A stretch of 64,000 nucleotides of DNA from Candidatus Limnocylindrales bacterium (GCA_038915815.1 JBCLCL010000007.1:26-64025); one strand, 5' to 3'; positions 20,081 to 30,300 are shown, numbered from the stretch's first letter. Notes: generated by a model from the sequence alone, not told the origin. Numbers and translations are program-made.

Positions 20081-21546
20081 CGACCGGCCCCCCGGCTCAG
20101 TTCATCTCGAAGGCCTTCGACCAGGCGATCCAGGCCGATGCCGCGCGACGCCTTCACCAGGACCACGTCGCCATCGCGGAGCCGTGCCGGCAAGGTGGCC
20201 AGGACGGCCTCTGCGTCAGGCACGGTCGAGATCCGGGCGGGGTCGAGCCCGCCCTCCAGGGCACCTGCCGCGATCGGCGCGGCAGCGCGACCGACGACTA
20301 CCAGCCAGTCGAGGGTCCGGGCGGCCGCCTGGCCCACGGTCCGATGGCCCTCCTCGCTGGCATCGCCAAGCTCGAGCATCTCCCCGAGGATGGCGCCACG
20401 TCGGCCGGGCAGGCCGGCCAGCAGGTCCAGCGCGGCGACGACCGAGCGCGGCGACGCATTGTACGAATCGTCGATCAGGGTGACCCCGCCGGCTCTGACC
20501 GACTGCACCCGGTGCGGGGCGGACCAGCCGGCGTGGAGACCGGCCGCGATCTCATCGAGCGACAGCCCGGCGGCGCGACCCACGGCGGCGGCGGCCAGCG
20601 CGTTGTGGACCGAGAGCCGTCCGAGCGTCGGGATCGAGACCGCCTGGCGGGCGCCTTCCATGCGCAGGATGAAGCGCATCCCCTCGAGCCCGGCAGACTC
20701 GATCCCGTCGGCCGTGACGTCCGCAGCGCCGTCGAACCCGTAGGTCACCGATCGGGCCACGCTCCGGTTCCCCATCCAGCGGACGATCGGATCGTCGGCA
20801 TTGAGGATGGCCGTGCCGTCGCGGGGCAATGCCTCGAGCAGCTCACCCTTGGCAGCCTCGATCGCCTCGAGCGAGCCGATCCGGGCGAGGTGGACCGGCT
20901 GCACGGCTGTCACCACGCCGATCCGGGGCCGGGCGATGCGGGCCAGCTCGGCGATCTCCCCGCCGACGTACATCCCCATCTCGAGGACGGCTGCCTCGTG
21001 CTTGGGCTCGATCCGCAGGACGGTCAGGGGCAGGCCGATCTCGTTGTTCTGGTTGCCCTCGTTGCGCAGGACGCACAGGCGGCTGGCAAGGACGGCAGCG
21101 ATCGCCTCCTTGGTCGAGGTCTTGGCGATGCTGCCGGTCACCCCGACGACGAGCAGGTCGAAGCGCCGGCGCCAATCGGCGGCAAGCGCCGCGAGCGCCG
21201 CAAGCGCGTCGGCGACACGCACGACCGTCACGTCACCGAGCGCCGCCGGATCCGCGACCGGGCGAGTGACGATCAACGCCGCCGCGCCTCGGGCGACGGC
21301 TTCGGCGATGAACGAGTGACCATCCGTCCGCTCACCGGGAAGCGCCACGAAGATCTGTCCCGGCTCGACCAGCCGTGAGTCCACCGCCGCACCGCGAAGG
21401 AGGCGAGCCGAGCGCGCAAGCAACCGGCCTCCGGTCAGGCGGACCAGGTCGTCCGTCGTCAGGGCCGGCGCCGACGGATCCCCGGGTACCAGGCTCGACC
21501 GATCGACATCCGTCACGGACGCCAGTCTCCCACGGGCCGCTGTCAC
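20077..21546 (-). CDS. murF: UDP-MurNAc-tripeptide--D-Ala-D-Ala ligase
   Basis: VDSR, RTDGHSF, VTGSIAKTSTK, NNEIGLP, LEMGM, DDSYNASP, GEMLELG, LVKASRG. Confidence 0.96.
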   Translation of the reverse strand: MTAARGRLASVTDVDRSSLVPGDPSAPALTTDDLVRLTGGRLLARSARLLRGAAVDSRLVEPGQIFVALPGERTDGHSFIAEAVARGAAALIVTRPVADPAALGDVTVVRVADALAALAALAADWRRRFDLLVVGVTGSIAKTSTKEAIAAVLASRLCVLRNEGNQNNEIGLPLTVLRIEPKHEAAVLEMGMYVGGEIAELARIARPRIGVVTAVQPVHLARIGSLEAIEAAKGELLEALPRDGTAILNADDPIVRWMGNRSVARSVTYGFDGAADVTADGIESAGLEGMRFILRMEGARQAVSIPTLGRLSVHNALAAAAVGRAAGLSLDEIAAGLHAGWSAPHRVQSVRAGGVTLIDDSYNASPRSVVAALDLLAGLPGRRGAILGEMLELGDASEEGHRTVGQAAARTLDWLVVVGRAAAPIAAGALEGGLDPARISTVPDAEAVLATLPARLRDGDVVLVKASRGIGLDRLVEGLRDELSRGAGR

Positions 21547-23375
21547 CGGTCGGCGGCCAGGATCGGGACGGTCGGACGGTCGGGCAGGAGGTCCGGCGTG
21601 GTGATGGCGTCGGTGGCGATGCGGCGGAACAGCTCGAACGACATGACCGGCATCTCCAGGTATCCGACCCGCGCGACCGTCGGGGTTCCCTCCTCGATCT
21701 GGATGGCGATGACGAGGTCGGGAACACCGGTCTGGCGCCCGATGTAGCCGACGAACGAGTAGTTGAACAAGTTGCGTTTCCAGGCACCCTGGCCTTTGTT
21801 CGCCTTCGGATCCCAGATCTGGGCCGTCCCCGTCTTGCCGCCGACGTCGTAGCCGGGGACTCGGGTTCGATCGCGGTAGAACGGCACCTCGGTCACGACG
21901 TGGCGCATCATCTTGACCATCGTCCTGGACAGGCCGGCACCCACGACCTGGCTGGCAGGTTCCGTGACGACGTCCTGGTCGCCGATGCCGGCGACGACAT
22001 GCGGATGAACGAGCCGTCCGCCGTTGGTCAGGACGGCGAACGCCGCTGCCAGCTGGATCGGGGTGACCGCGACTCCCTGGCCGAAGGCGCCGTTGGCGAG
22101 ATCGATCTCGCGCCACGGCGTCAGGCCCGGGTCGCGAACGATCCCGGCGACCTCCCCGGCCAGGTCGATCCCGGTCGGCTTGCCATAGCCGAGGCGCAGC
22201 CACATGTCGTAGAGAGCTGTGGCGGACTCGCGGGTCGAGTCGCCCAGGCCCAGGGCGACCTTGGCGGCGACGACATTGCGCGAGTAGGCGACCGCGTCCT
22301 CGAACGTGATCGGGCCCTTCCCCTTGCGGTCGGCGTTGTCGATCTTGGTCCGGCCACCGTCGAGCCGGAGGGTGCCGACGTCGTTGATCCTGGTGGACGG
22401 CGTGACCGTGCCGAGATCGAGGGCGGCGGCCGCGGTCATCATCTTGAAGACCGACCCCGGCTCGTAGACGCTCGAGACGACCGGATCCATGAAGCGTGAC
22501 GGGTCGGTCGCGGCGATCTCCTTGTAGTCGTTCGCGTCATAGGACGGGTAGGTCGCCTGCGCGTAGACCTCCCCGGTGTACGGGTCCAGGACCACGGCCG
22601 AGACGCGCTTGGCCTTGTCCGCGATCCAGGCGGCCAGCAGCTCCTGCTCGACCTTGAGCTGCAGTCCGGCGTCGATCGTGAGTCGCAGGTCCTTGCCGGG
22701 TACGCCGGCGTTCGTGACGATCGCCCGCTCGAGGACCGGTCGCCCGGCTGCGTCGCGCTCGGCGGTGACCACGCGGGGTACCCCGCCGAGCGCGCTCTCG
22801 TAGAACTGCTCGACCCCGTACTGACCCGTGCCGTCGCGGTTGACGAATCCGAGCAGATGGGCCGCCAGGGAGCTGCCCTTCGCGCCACCGGCCTGCGGAT
22901 AGACACGTTCCGGTTCCGGCTCCAGCGAGAGGGCGAACAGCCTGCCGTTCGCAAGGCCCGTCCGGATCCGATCGGCCAACGTCCGGTCCAGCCCATGGCG
23001 GATCACGAGGTATCGGCTGGACGAGGCCAGGCGCTCCCGGAGACCCAGGCTGGCCGCCTCATCGAGCTCGAGCAGCCGGGTAAGCTCGGTGACGGTCGCG
23101 CGCCGCTCGTCGGCCGAGAGCTGGTCGGATGCAGCGACCAGACGTTCGCGCCCGACCGTGGTGGCAAGGATGACGGTCCCGCTCCGGTCGTAGACATCGC
23201 CACGCTGGCTGGGCGTCTCCAGCCGGACCGTGGTCTGCTCGGCCGCCGAGGCGACGAGTCGGTCGCGATCGAGCACCTGCCAATAGGCGGACCGCGCCAT
23301 CAACGCCAGCGCGCCCGTCAGGAAGACGACGAGCAGGACCAGCAGGCGGAGGCGCGAATCGGTCCGGCCGGGCAT
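21543..23375 (-). CDS. ftsI: Class B penicillin-binding protein (FtsI/PBP3-like)
   Basis: N-terminal TM, RGDVYDR, YEPGSVFK (SxxK), SRN (SxN), KTGTAQ. Confidence 0.93.
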   Translation of the reverse strand: MPGRTDSRLRLLVLLVVFLTGALALMARSAYWQVLDRDRLVASAAEQTTVRLETPSQRGDVYDRSGTVILATTVGRERLVAASDQLSADERRATVTELTRLLELDEAASLGLRERLASSSRYLVIRHGLDRTLADRIRTGLANGRLFALSLEPEPERVYPQAGGAKGSSLAAHLLGFVNRDGTGQYGVEQFYESALGGVPRVVTAERDAAGRPVLERAIVTNAGVPGKDLRLTIDAGLQLKVEQELLAAWIADKAKRVSAVVLDPYTGEVYAQATYPSYDANDYKEIAATDPSRFMDPVVSSVYEPGSVFKMMTAAAALDLGTVTPSTRINDVGTLRLDGGRTKIDNADRKGKGPITFEDAVAYSRNVVAAKVALGLGDSTRESATALYDMWLRLGYGKPTGIDLAGEVAGIVRDPGLTPWREIDLANGAFGQGVAVTPIQLAAAFAVLTNGGRLVHPHVVAGIGDQDVVTEPASQVVGAGLSRTMVKMMRHVVTEVPFYRDRTRVPGYDVGGKTGTAQIWDPKANKGQGAWKRNLFNYSFVGYIGRQTGVPDLVIAIQIEEGTPTVARVGYLEMPVMSFELFRRIATDAITTPDLLPDRPTVPILAADR

Positions 23376-23390
23376 GGTTCGGCCGATCGC

Positions 23391-23771
23391 CTAGCGGGCC
23401 GGCAGGACGATCGGTTTGGCGAGTTGACCCAGCCCATCGTCGATGGCGAGCTTGCGGATGGCGGGTTCTCGACCCAGGCGACCGAGATCGGACCTGACGT
23501 CGTTGGCTCGCGCGTCCAGGCGCTGTCGATCGAGCGAGAGACGCCCGATGTCAAGCCCGGTCGCCGACACACGAACCTGCTGGGCCAGCGAGAAGAAGGC
23601 GAGCGTGAAGGCGACCACGATCAGGCCCAGGATCAGACCGAGTCGGTCGGTCCGTCGACCGGCGCGGAACGCCCCTCGGACGCGCCGACGGCCGAGCGTT
23701 GGCCCTTCGGCCACGCGCGGACCCCGCGGCAGCGCGATCGTTCGTGGGCGGGCTCCCTCGTAGACGGCCAT
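23391..23771 (-). CDS. ftsL: FtsL-like bitopic coiled-coil division protein
   Basis: Basic N-terminus, one TM segment, leucine-rich coiled coil; directly upstream of ftsI. Confidence 0.7.
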   Translation of the reverse strand: MAVYEGARPRTIALPRGPRVAEGPTLGRRRVRGAFRAGRRTDRLGLILGLIVVAFTLAFFSLAQQVRVSATGLDIGRLSLDRQRLDARANDVRSDLGRLGREPAIRKLAIDDGLGQLAKPIVLPAR

Positions 23772-23774
23772 CGA

Positions 23775-23972
23775 TCAGTCGCCCAGCGCGAACCGGATGC
23801 GCGGCATGCGCGGGTCCAGGAAGGCCAACGGGTCGGCCTGGGCCGCGGAGCCCCAGTCGCCCATGTCGAACCCGAACGCCTCGGCGTGCGGGCCGCGGTC
23901 GTGGCGCTCGCGCACCTCGTGCTGGCGACGCCCGTAGGTCTTGCGACGACTGGACTGATGACGCTTGCTCAT
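23775..23972 (-). CDS. Unknown 65-aa protein inside the dcw cluster
   Basis: Very strong SD (GGAAGGAGGAGGAG, then CACC-ATG); packed between rsmH and ftsL with a 3-nt gap to ftsL. Confidence 0.75.
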   Translation of the reverse strand: MSKRHQSSRRKTYGRRQHEVRERHDRGPHAEAFGFDMGDWGSAAQADPLAFLDPRMPRIRFALGD

Positions 23973-24003
23973 GGTGCTCCTCCTCCTTCCGAACGAACCT
24001 GGC

Positions 24004-24951
24004 CTAGGCGGCGAGTCGCTCGGCGGCCCGCAAGCGGGCGCTCCGAGCGCGTGGGTTGGCGCCGATCTCGGCAGCCGTCGGCGTCAACGACGGGCGGGTG
24101 ATCAGGCGCAGACGCGGGTTCCGGCCGCAGACGCAGACCGGCACCTCGGTCGGACAGACGCATCCGCGTCGTTCCGCCTGGATGAACCGCTTGACGATCC
24201 GATCCTCGAGCGAGTGATAGCTGAGCACGACGAGCCGTCCGCCGGGGCGGAGCAGGTCGAGGGCGGCATGGAGGCCGGCCTCGAGCGCCTCGAGCTCCTC
24301 GTTCACCGCGATGCGCAACGCCTGGAAGGCGCGCGTCGCCGGGTGCGTCCGGCGCGGCTGACGAGGGTTGGGAGGCAGGACGCGCTCGACCAGGGCGGCG
24401 AGCTCCTCAGCCGTGCCGATCGGGGCGACACGCCGGGCATCCACGATGGCCCGGGCGATCCGCGCTGCCTTCGGCTCCTCGCCGTAGCGCCGGAAGAGCG
24501 CGGTCAACTCAGCGGCGTCAAGGGTGGCCAGGAGTTCCGCGGCGGGCACGCCGCGGGTCGGGTCGAAACGCATGTCGAGCGGGCCGCCGGCCCGAAAGCC
24601 GAACCCGCGCGCCCGATCTGCGAGCTGGAAGCTGGACAGCCCGAGATCGAACAGGCAGCCGTCGACGGCTCCGAAGCCGGCCGCCGGCGCGACCGTCGCG
24701 AGCTGCGCGAAGTTCGCCTGACGGAGGACGAGGCGGTCGCCGAAACGAGCGCGCAGGTGCGCCTCCACACGGGCGACCGCCGCCGGATCGGCATCGAGAC
24801 CGAGGAGGCGGCCGTCGGGACTGGCCGCCTCCAGGATCCGCTCGGTGTGCCCACCGCCGCCCAAGGTGGCGTCGATATGAAGGCTGCCTGGCGCGGGGGC
24901 GAGCATCTGGATGACCTCCTCCACCAGCACCGGCAGGTGCCCTTCGTGCAT
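24004..24951 (-). CDS. rsmH: 16S rRNA m4C1402 methyltransferase RsmH (MraW)
   Basis: HLPVL, DATLGGGGH, DLGLSSFQL, RAFQALRIAVN, SYHSLEDRIVK, NPRARSARLR; ATG 24951 with SD GGAGGAG (alternative ATG 25002). Confidence 0.97.
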   Translation of the reverse strand: MHEGHLPVLVEEVIQMLAPAPGSLHIDATLGGGGHTERILEAASPDGRLLGLDADPAAVARVEAHLRARFGDRLVLRQANFAQLATVAPAAGFGAVDGCLFDLGLSSFQLADRARGFGFRAGGPLDMRFDPTRGVPAAELLATLDAAELTALFRRYGEEPKAARIARAIVDARRVAPIGTAEELAALVERVLPPNPRQPRRTHPATRAFQALRIAVNEELEALEAGLHAALDLLRPGGRLVVLSYHSLEDRIVKRFIQAERRGCVCPTEVPVCVCGRNPRLRLITRPSLTPTAAEIGANPRARSARLRAAERLAA

Positions 24952-25012
24952 CTCTCCTCCATCCCGGACGAATCGGATCCCGAGCGGATCCTGGAAGCGC
25001 ATCTGGTCGGAG

Positions 25013-25441
25013 CTAGATCCCAAGCCCTTCGAAGGCCCTGGCCAGCTCCAGCGGGTCGTCGAGCGCCCGTCGGTAGTCGTCCCACCGCTCGGGTGCCCAG
25101 ATCTCCGCGTGATCGCGCGAGCCGACGACCACGGCGTCGCCGCCGAGGCCCACCGACTCACGGAGATAGGCGGGTAGCAGGATCCGGCCCTGGCGATCCA
25201 TCTCGGCCTCGGTGGCACGCGAGAAGACGAACCGCTGGAAGAGGCGCGCGGTCGGGTCGGTGAACGGCAGGGCGGCGATCTTCGCGTCCAGCGCATCCCA
25301 GCCGGCCTTGGTGTGGATGGCCAGGCAGTTGTCGAGCCAGCCGGAGACCATCGAACCCGGGTCGAGGCGCATGCGGAACTTCACAGGGACGGCCATCCGT
25401 CCCTTGCCGTCCACCGTGTGCCGGTACTCGCCGGTGAACAC
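25013..25441 (-). CDS. mraZ: Division/cell wall cluster transcriptional repressor MraZ
   Basis: FTGEYRHTVDGKGRMAVP, DRQGRILLP, VGSRDHAEIW; GTG at 25441. Confidence 0.96.
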   Translation of the reverse strand: MFTGEYRHTVDGKGRMAVPVKFRMRLDPGSMVSGWLDNCLAIHTKAGWDALDAKIAALPFTDPTARLFQRFVFSRATEAEMDRQGRILLPAYLRESVGLGGDAVVVGSRDHAEIWAPERWDDYRRALDDPLELARAFEGLGI

Positions 25442-25490
25442 CTTCGGGTCTACCCCTCCGTCGGTTGTGGCCGGGTTCGTGCGTGAGGCA

Positions 25491-25520
25491 TTCCCCACTT
25501 CTCACCACTTTGAGCCACTT
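25491..25520 (-). promoter_or_regulatory. MraZ operator: three AAGTGG direct repeats at 10-bp period
   Basis: Minus strand reads AAGTGGCTCA AAGTGGTGAG AAGTGGGGAA immediately downstream of the -10, matching the known GTGG-type MraZ repeats. Confidence 0.88.
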
Positions 25521-25525
25521 GACGC

Positions 25526-25553
25526 ATTCTAGCGCCCGAATCGGGTCCGTCAA
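25526..25553 (-). promoter_or_regulatory. Sigma70-type promoter of the dcw cluster
   Basis: TTGACG (25553-25548), 16-nt spacer, TAGAAT (25531-25526). Confidence 0.85.
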
Positions 25554-25569
25554 GGACGATTTCGCACAG

Positions 25570-25720
25570 GGGCTGGGCGCGGGCTGGGCGCGGGCTGGGC
25601 GCGAAGCGTGGCGCACAGGGCGCGGGTGGCTTGGCGCGGGCAGCGGGCGCGAGGCGCGGGCAGCGGGCGCGAGGCGGGGCGCTGGTGGCTTGGCGCGGGC
25701 AGCGGGCGCGAGGCGCGACT
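25570..25720 (+). repeat. G-rich tandem/mosaic repeats
   Basis: (GGGCTGGGCGC)x3 at 25570-25602, then repeated CGGGCAGCGGGCGCGAGGCG and GGTGGCTTGGCG units. Confidence 0.9.
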
Positions 25721-25877
25721 GTGGGGCCCGTCCTGGAACCCAAGAGGTTACCGGCCGCTCGCTGGGGCTCCGATGGTGCCTGCCTGTCGCGGTCGGATCA
25801 GGAGGAGCGCCACATCCGCGCGCTCAGGCCCTGGCGTCGCCCGACAGTCGCGTCCCCAGGGTGATGCGCCACGCGAT

Positions 25878-25924
25878 CCGGAGCGTGCCGGAGCGTGCCG
25901 GAGCCTGCCGGAGCCTGCCGGAGC
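25878..25924 (+). repeat. 10-nt tandem repeat CCGGAGC(G/C)TG x~4.7
   Basis: Seen directly, just downstream of the LysM gene stop. Confidence 0.92.
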
Positions 25925-25938
25925 CGCCGGCCGCGGCT

Positions 25939-26547
25939 CTAGCGCGTCCGTGGCGGGAGGCGCAACTCCTGGCCGGCTACCAGCTGGGTCGTCGTCGTCC
26001 ACGGGTTGAGGTCGGTCACGACGCCGAACGGAACCCCGAAGTAGCGAGCGATGCTGACCAGGTTGTCCCCCTCGCGGACCACGTAGATCCAGCAGTCCGG
26101 CGCGTCAGGGCACGGTTCCAGCAGAGCGTATCGATCGGATGTCGGCCCCGGCGTCGGGGAAACCGGCGGCGCTGTCGTCGCGGTCGGGCCGGGTGCCGGC
26201 GTGACGACCATCGACGGCTCGGGGTTCGGAACCGTCGAGGCAGACGGTTCGCCGATCGGACTCGGCGACCCTTCGGGCGCGACGCTCGTGGTCGGTTCCG
26301 CTGTCGTCCCGGCCGGCGCGCTTTCGTTCGGCGACCTCGACTCGACCGCTGCCGACGGACCACGGCTCGCTGCCGGAAGATCCAGGCCCCCGTTGGCCAC
26401 CACGAACCCGACCGACAGCGCGAACGAGGCCGCCAGGACGAGCAGCGCGCCGATGATCGCCGGTGTCGGCGTGAACCCGGGGCCAGGGCCGCCCGGCTGG
26501 CCGCTCGGATCCGCTGAAGGCAGGTCGGTGGCCGGTTCGTCCCGCAC
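25939..26547 (-). CDS. Membrane-anchored LysM peptidoglycan-binding protein
   Basis: TM segment, long Pro/Thr/Ser linker, C..C then YVVREGDNLVSIARYFGV..V..LNP..LVAGQELRLP. Confidence 0.92.
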   Translation of the reverse strand: MRDEPATDLPSADPSGQPGGPGPGFTPTPAIIGALLVLAASFALSVGFVVANGGLDLPAASRGPSAAVESRSPNESAPAGTTAEPTTSVAPEGSPSPIGEPSASTVPNPEPSMVVTPAPGPTATTAPPVSPTPGPTSDRYALLEPCPDAPDCWIYVVREGDNLVSIARYFGVPFGVVTDLNPWTTTTQLVAGQELRLPPRTR

Positions 26548-26694
26548 GCACTCTCCCTCTGCCGATGAGTGGAACGGCGCGGAGTCTAGTACCTTTCGTG
26601 TGTTGCCGTGGCCCCACAGGCGGTGCTAGGCTCCGGCCCCGAGTCGAGCGGGCCATCCGATCGACCACTGGACAGAGGCTGAACGACCAGGTCA

Positions 26695-26937
26695 ATGGCG
26701 CTCCCGCTCCCGCTGTTCCCGCCGCAGCCCGACGCCTTCCATCTGGCGCCACATCGGATCCGACGCTGCACGTTCCGTCGGTTGATCAACGTCGAGGTCC
26801 GCGGCGAGCGGATCTATGACGTGGAGTGCCTCTACCCGGACCGCAAGATCCCCATCCCGCTGGGGAACCTCGAGGCCGCTGCGCCCATCTGCAACTCGTG
26901 CTCGGCCGCCCACATCTTCCGACCCGACGAGGATTAG
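26695..26937 (+). CDS. Hypothetical 80-aa Cys-containing protein
   Basis: Protein-like composition, four Cys including CNSC; -10 TAGGCT upstream; convergent with rnpB. Confidence 0.7.
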   Translation: MALPLPLFPPQPDAFHLAPHRIRRCTFRRLINVEVRGERIYDVECLYPDRKIPIPLGNLEAAAPICNSCSAAHIFRPDED

Positions 26938-26956
26938 ATCGCCGGGGATCGAGCGC

Positions 26957-27333
26957 CAGCGAGGCGATCTGTAAGCCGAGTTCTGTCCCGCTCGGCCTCG
27001 CGGCAGAACGGTGATGGCCATCCATCTGGGGCCGCCGGTCACCCGACGGCTCATGCGGCCGACCCGAGGGCTGGGCAGCGCACCTCTCCCCCACCGACGG
27101 TTGCCCGCCCGCGGGTTGCGCCCTCCTATTTGGCCTTGCTCCGGGTGGAGTTTGCCCGTTTCACTCCGAACACCGGCTCGCGCCGACCCTCGGCATCGTC
27201 ACTGTGGCACTGGTCCTCGCCTTGCGGCGGGCGGGCGTTACCCGCCACCCTGCGCTGGGGAGCTCGGACTTTCCTCACACCGGCTTCGAGGTCGCCCCCG
27301 GACCCGGCGCGCGACCATCCGATCGCCTCGCTG
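26957..27333 (-). ncRNA. rnpB: RNase P RNA, bacterial type A
   Basis: GAGGAAAGTCC, AGTGCCACAG, GTGAAACG, GAGCAAGGCCAAATAG and ACAGAACTCGGCTTAC conserved regions; P1 helix CAGCGAGGCGATC/GATCGCCTCGCTG; -10 TAGACT at 27342-27347. Confidence 0.97.
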
Positions 27334-27344
27334 ACCGGTCGAGT

Positions 27345-30300
27345 CTACGCCGGCCTCGCGGATGCCACTGGATCCGACGCATGATCCGGTTCCGACGCGG
27401 GCGCGCCGGTCGCCTCGATCCTGGCCAACAGGCGGGTGGCTCCGAGTTCCTGCAGGATCGCCCGCGCCTCGTCCACGGCCGGTTCCAGCCACGCCTGCCC
27501 GGCCCCGCCGGTCGCGAGCGCGTCCAGCACGGTCATCGCGAATTCGAAGCGCGCCCCAAGGATCCGCCACCGCTCGAGCGCGTCGAGCGCGCCATGCATC
27601 GCGTCCTTGCTGCGACCGTGGAGTGCCGCGATGCCCGCCCGCATGGAGCTGCGCGTCGCCTCGACCGCGTCACCGTGGACAGCCAGCGCCTCGAAGGCGG
27701 CCACGGCCATCGCCGCCCGCTCCAAGTCGCCCGCCCAGAGTGCCGCGCGAAGGGCCAGCGGGTAGGCGACCACGGCGTAGCTGGTCGCGTGACCGGCAGC
27801 CTCCATCGCGGCCGTTCCGGCATCCTCCAGCCGACCCTCGGCGAGGGCGGCCCATCCGTCCGTGAAGCGGCGCACGGCGGGCACCTGCGGGTCGGTCGAG
27901 CCGGTCAGGATCGGGTCGTAACGGTCCATCCACCCATCGTCGGGCTCGCCGCGACAGGCGGCGATGATCGCCTTGGTCGATCGCAGCTCGACTCCGGCAA
28001 TGGTGTCCTGCTCGTCCTCGAGCCAGGTCTCGACCAGACTCGTCGCCGTCGCCCAGTCGCCGATCCGCAAAGCCGCACTGGCGCCGTTGGAGGCCAGGAA
28101 CGTCGCCCCCTTCCGCGAGCCGACCTGGCGCGCTCGTTCGATGCCGGCCACCGCCACGGCGACTCCCTCACGAGGGTCGGCCATCAGGAGCATGAAGCTC
28201 AGGTTGTTGTAGGCGCGCAGCTCGGACTGGGTCAGGCTGTACCGGTCGGTCAGCCAGAGCACCCCGCGCAGTGTCGTCGTGGACTCCCGGAAGCGACCGA
28301 CGACCTGGAGGGCCAGCGCCCGGGTGTTCATCGCCTCGGCGATCTCGACGATCATGTCCAGGCGCTCCGCGGCGACCAGGGTCTGTTCGACCAGGACGAG
28401 CGACTTCTGTGGTTCCTCGTGCAGCATGTAAGCCCGGGCCAGCTCGCTTGCCACCGTCACCATCGCCGGTTCGGACTCGAGGTCCGGGAACTCCTCCAGC
28501 GCCCGGCTCAGCAGCTCGATCGCAGGTTCCAGGCGTCCGGAGCCGACCAGGTTCTTGCCGAGGTGGGCGAGCGAGCGGGCGGTCCCGGCGCGGTCGTCGC
28601 GCTCGCGGTATCGCCTGATGGAGCGCTCCAGATGTCCATCGGCGGCGTCCGCCATCCCGGCCGCCAGCGCGGCCATCCCGGCGCGTTCCAGAAGGTCGGG
28701 GTCGTCCGCGTTCTCCGGGCTGATCGAGAGCGCCTGTTCAAGGTAGGCGAGCGCCTGCTCATGCGAGTGCAGTGCCGCTGCGCGTTCAGCGGCACCCCGC
28801 AGAGCAAGGCGAGCCTGGACGGCGACAGCTTCACCTTCCTCGCCCTCGGGCATGGCCAGATAGGCGTCCCGGTAGTGGGTGGCGAGGACGCCCGCGATCT
28901 CATCGTCGCCCTGGCCCTCGAAGAAGCGCGCGGCCGCAAGATGACGGGCCCGTCGGTCGCGACGCGACAGCGTCCCGTAGGCGACGTCGCGGATCATGGC
29001 CTGGACGAAGCCGTACTGGCCGCGCTCCGGCGATCGAGGATCCAGCTCCTGGACGATCATCTCGCGCCGCTCCAGGGCTCGAAGGCGACCTTCCAGCGAC
29101 GACGGCTCGATCTCGCAGACCGCGGCGAGGGCGTCGATCGTGAAGGTCTGGCCGAGCACGGCCGCGTCCTGAAGCAGCGATCGGTCGGCCGGCTCAAGGG
29201 AATCCAGCCGCGCAGCGATCAGGGCATGCAGCGTCTCGGGTACCTCCAGCCGGATCGTCTCGCCGACCGGGCGATACGCACCACCCACCGCTTCCAGCTG
29301 GCCACTGTGCAGCAGCATCCGAACCGTCTCGACAGCGTAGAGCGGGATCCCGTCAGCGCGTGCCAGGATGGCCTCCGCGGTGGCAACGGGAAGCCCCGGA
29401 ACCATGCCCTCCAGCAGGGCGCGCATGTCAGCCGGCTGCAGTGCCTCGAGCGACAGCGACACGAAGTTGCGCCGGCCGGCTCCCCACTCCGGGTGTCGCT
29501 CAAGGAGCTCCGGCCGCGCCAGGGTGACGACCAGGATCGGCCGGCCACGGCTCCATTCCGCGAGATGATCGATGAAGTCGAGCAGGCCGGTGTCCGCCCA
29601 CTGGATGTCCTCGAAGACCATGACGACCGTGTCCTGCTCGGAGACTCGTTCGAAGAAGGTCCGCCAGGCCGCGAACAATTCGTCCCGGTCGCCCGCGGGG
29701 CCGTCGTCGATGCCGAGCAGGCGCAGAAGGCGGGGCTCGATCCAATGCCGTTCGGTCTCATCGGGGACGTAGCGCTCGAGCGCGTCGGCGATACCGGCAC
29801 GGGTGGCATCAGCGTCGTCCGTTTCGGCCAGGCCGGCCCGCTTGCGGACCATCTCGCCGAGGGCCCAGAAGGTCACGCCCACGCCGTAGGCCGGCGACCG
29901 CCCCTGGTGCCAGCTGATGACCTCACTGATGCCGTCGATGTACTTGTGGAGCTCCCAGGCCAGGCGGCTCTTCCCGACACCGGGTTGACCGATCACCGAG
30001 ACGAGCCGAAGTCGCCGCTCGCGAGTAGCCCCATGGAGCAGATCCTTGATCAGGCGCAGCTCCATCTCGCGGCCGACGAACGGGGGCTCCACGATGTCCG
30101 AACGGCCGGCTCCACGGACCAGGCCGACGACGCGCAAGGGGCGCCAGACACGGACCGGGGTCTCCTTGCCGCGCAGCAGCTGATCGCCGGCAGACTCATA
30201 GGCGACCGCGTCCCTGGTCACCAGGTACGTCGATTCGCCGACGAGGATCGTGCCTGGCGGTGCCACTGACTGGAGGCGGGAGGCGGTGTTGACCAGGTCG

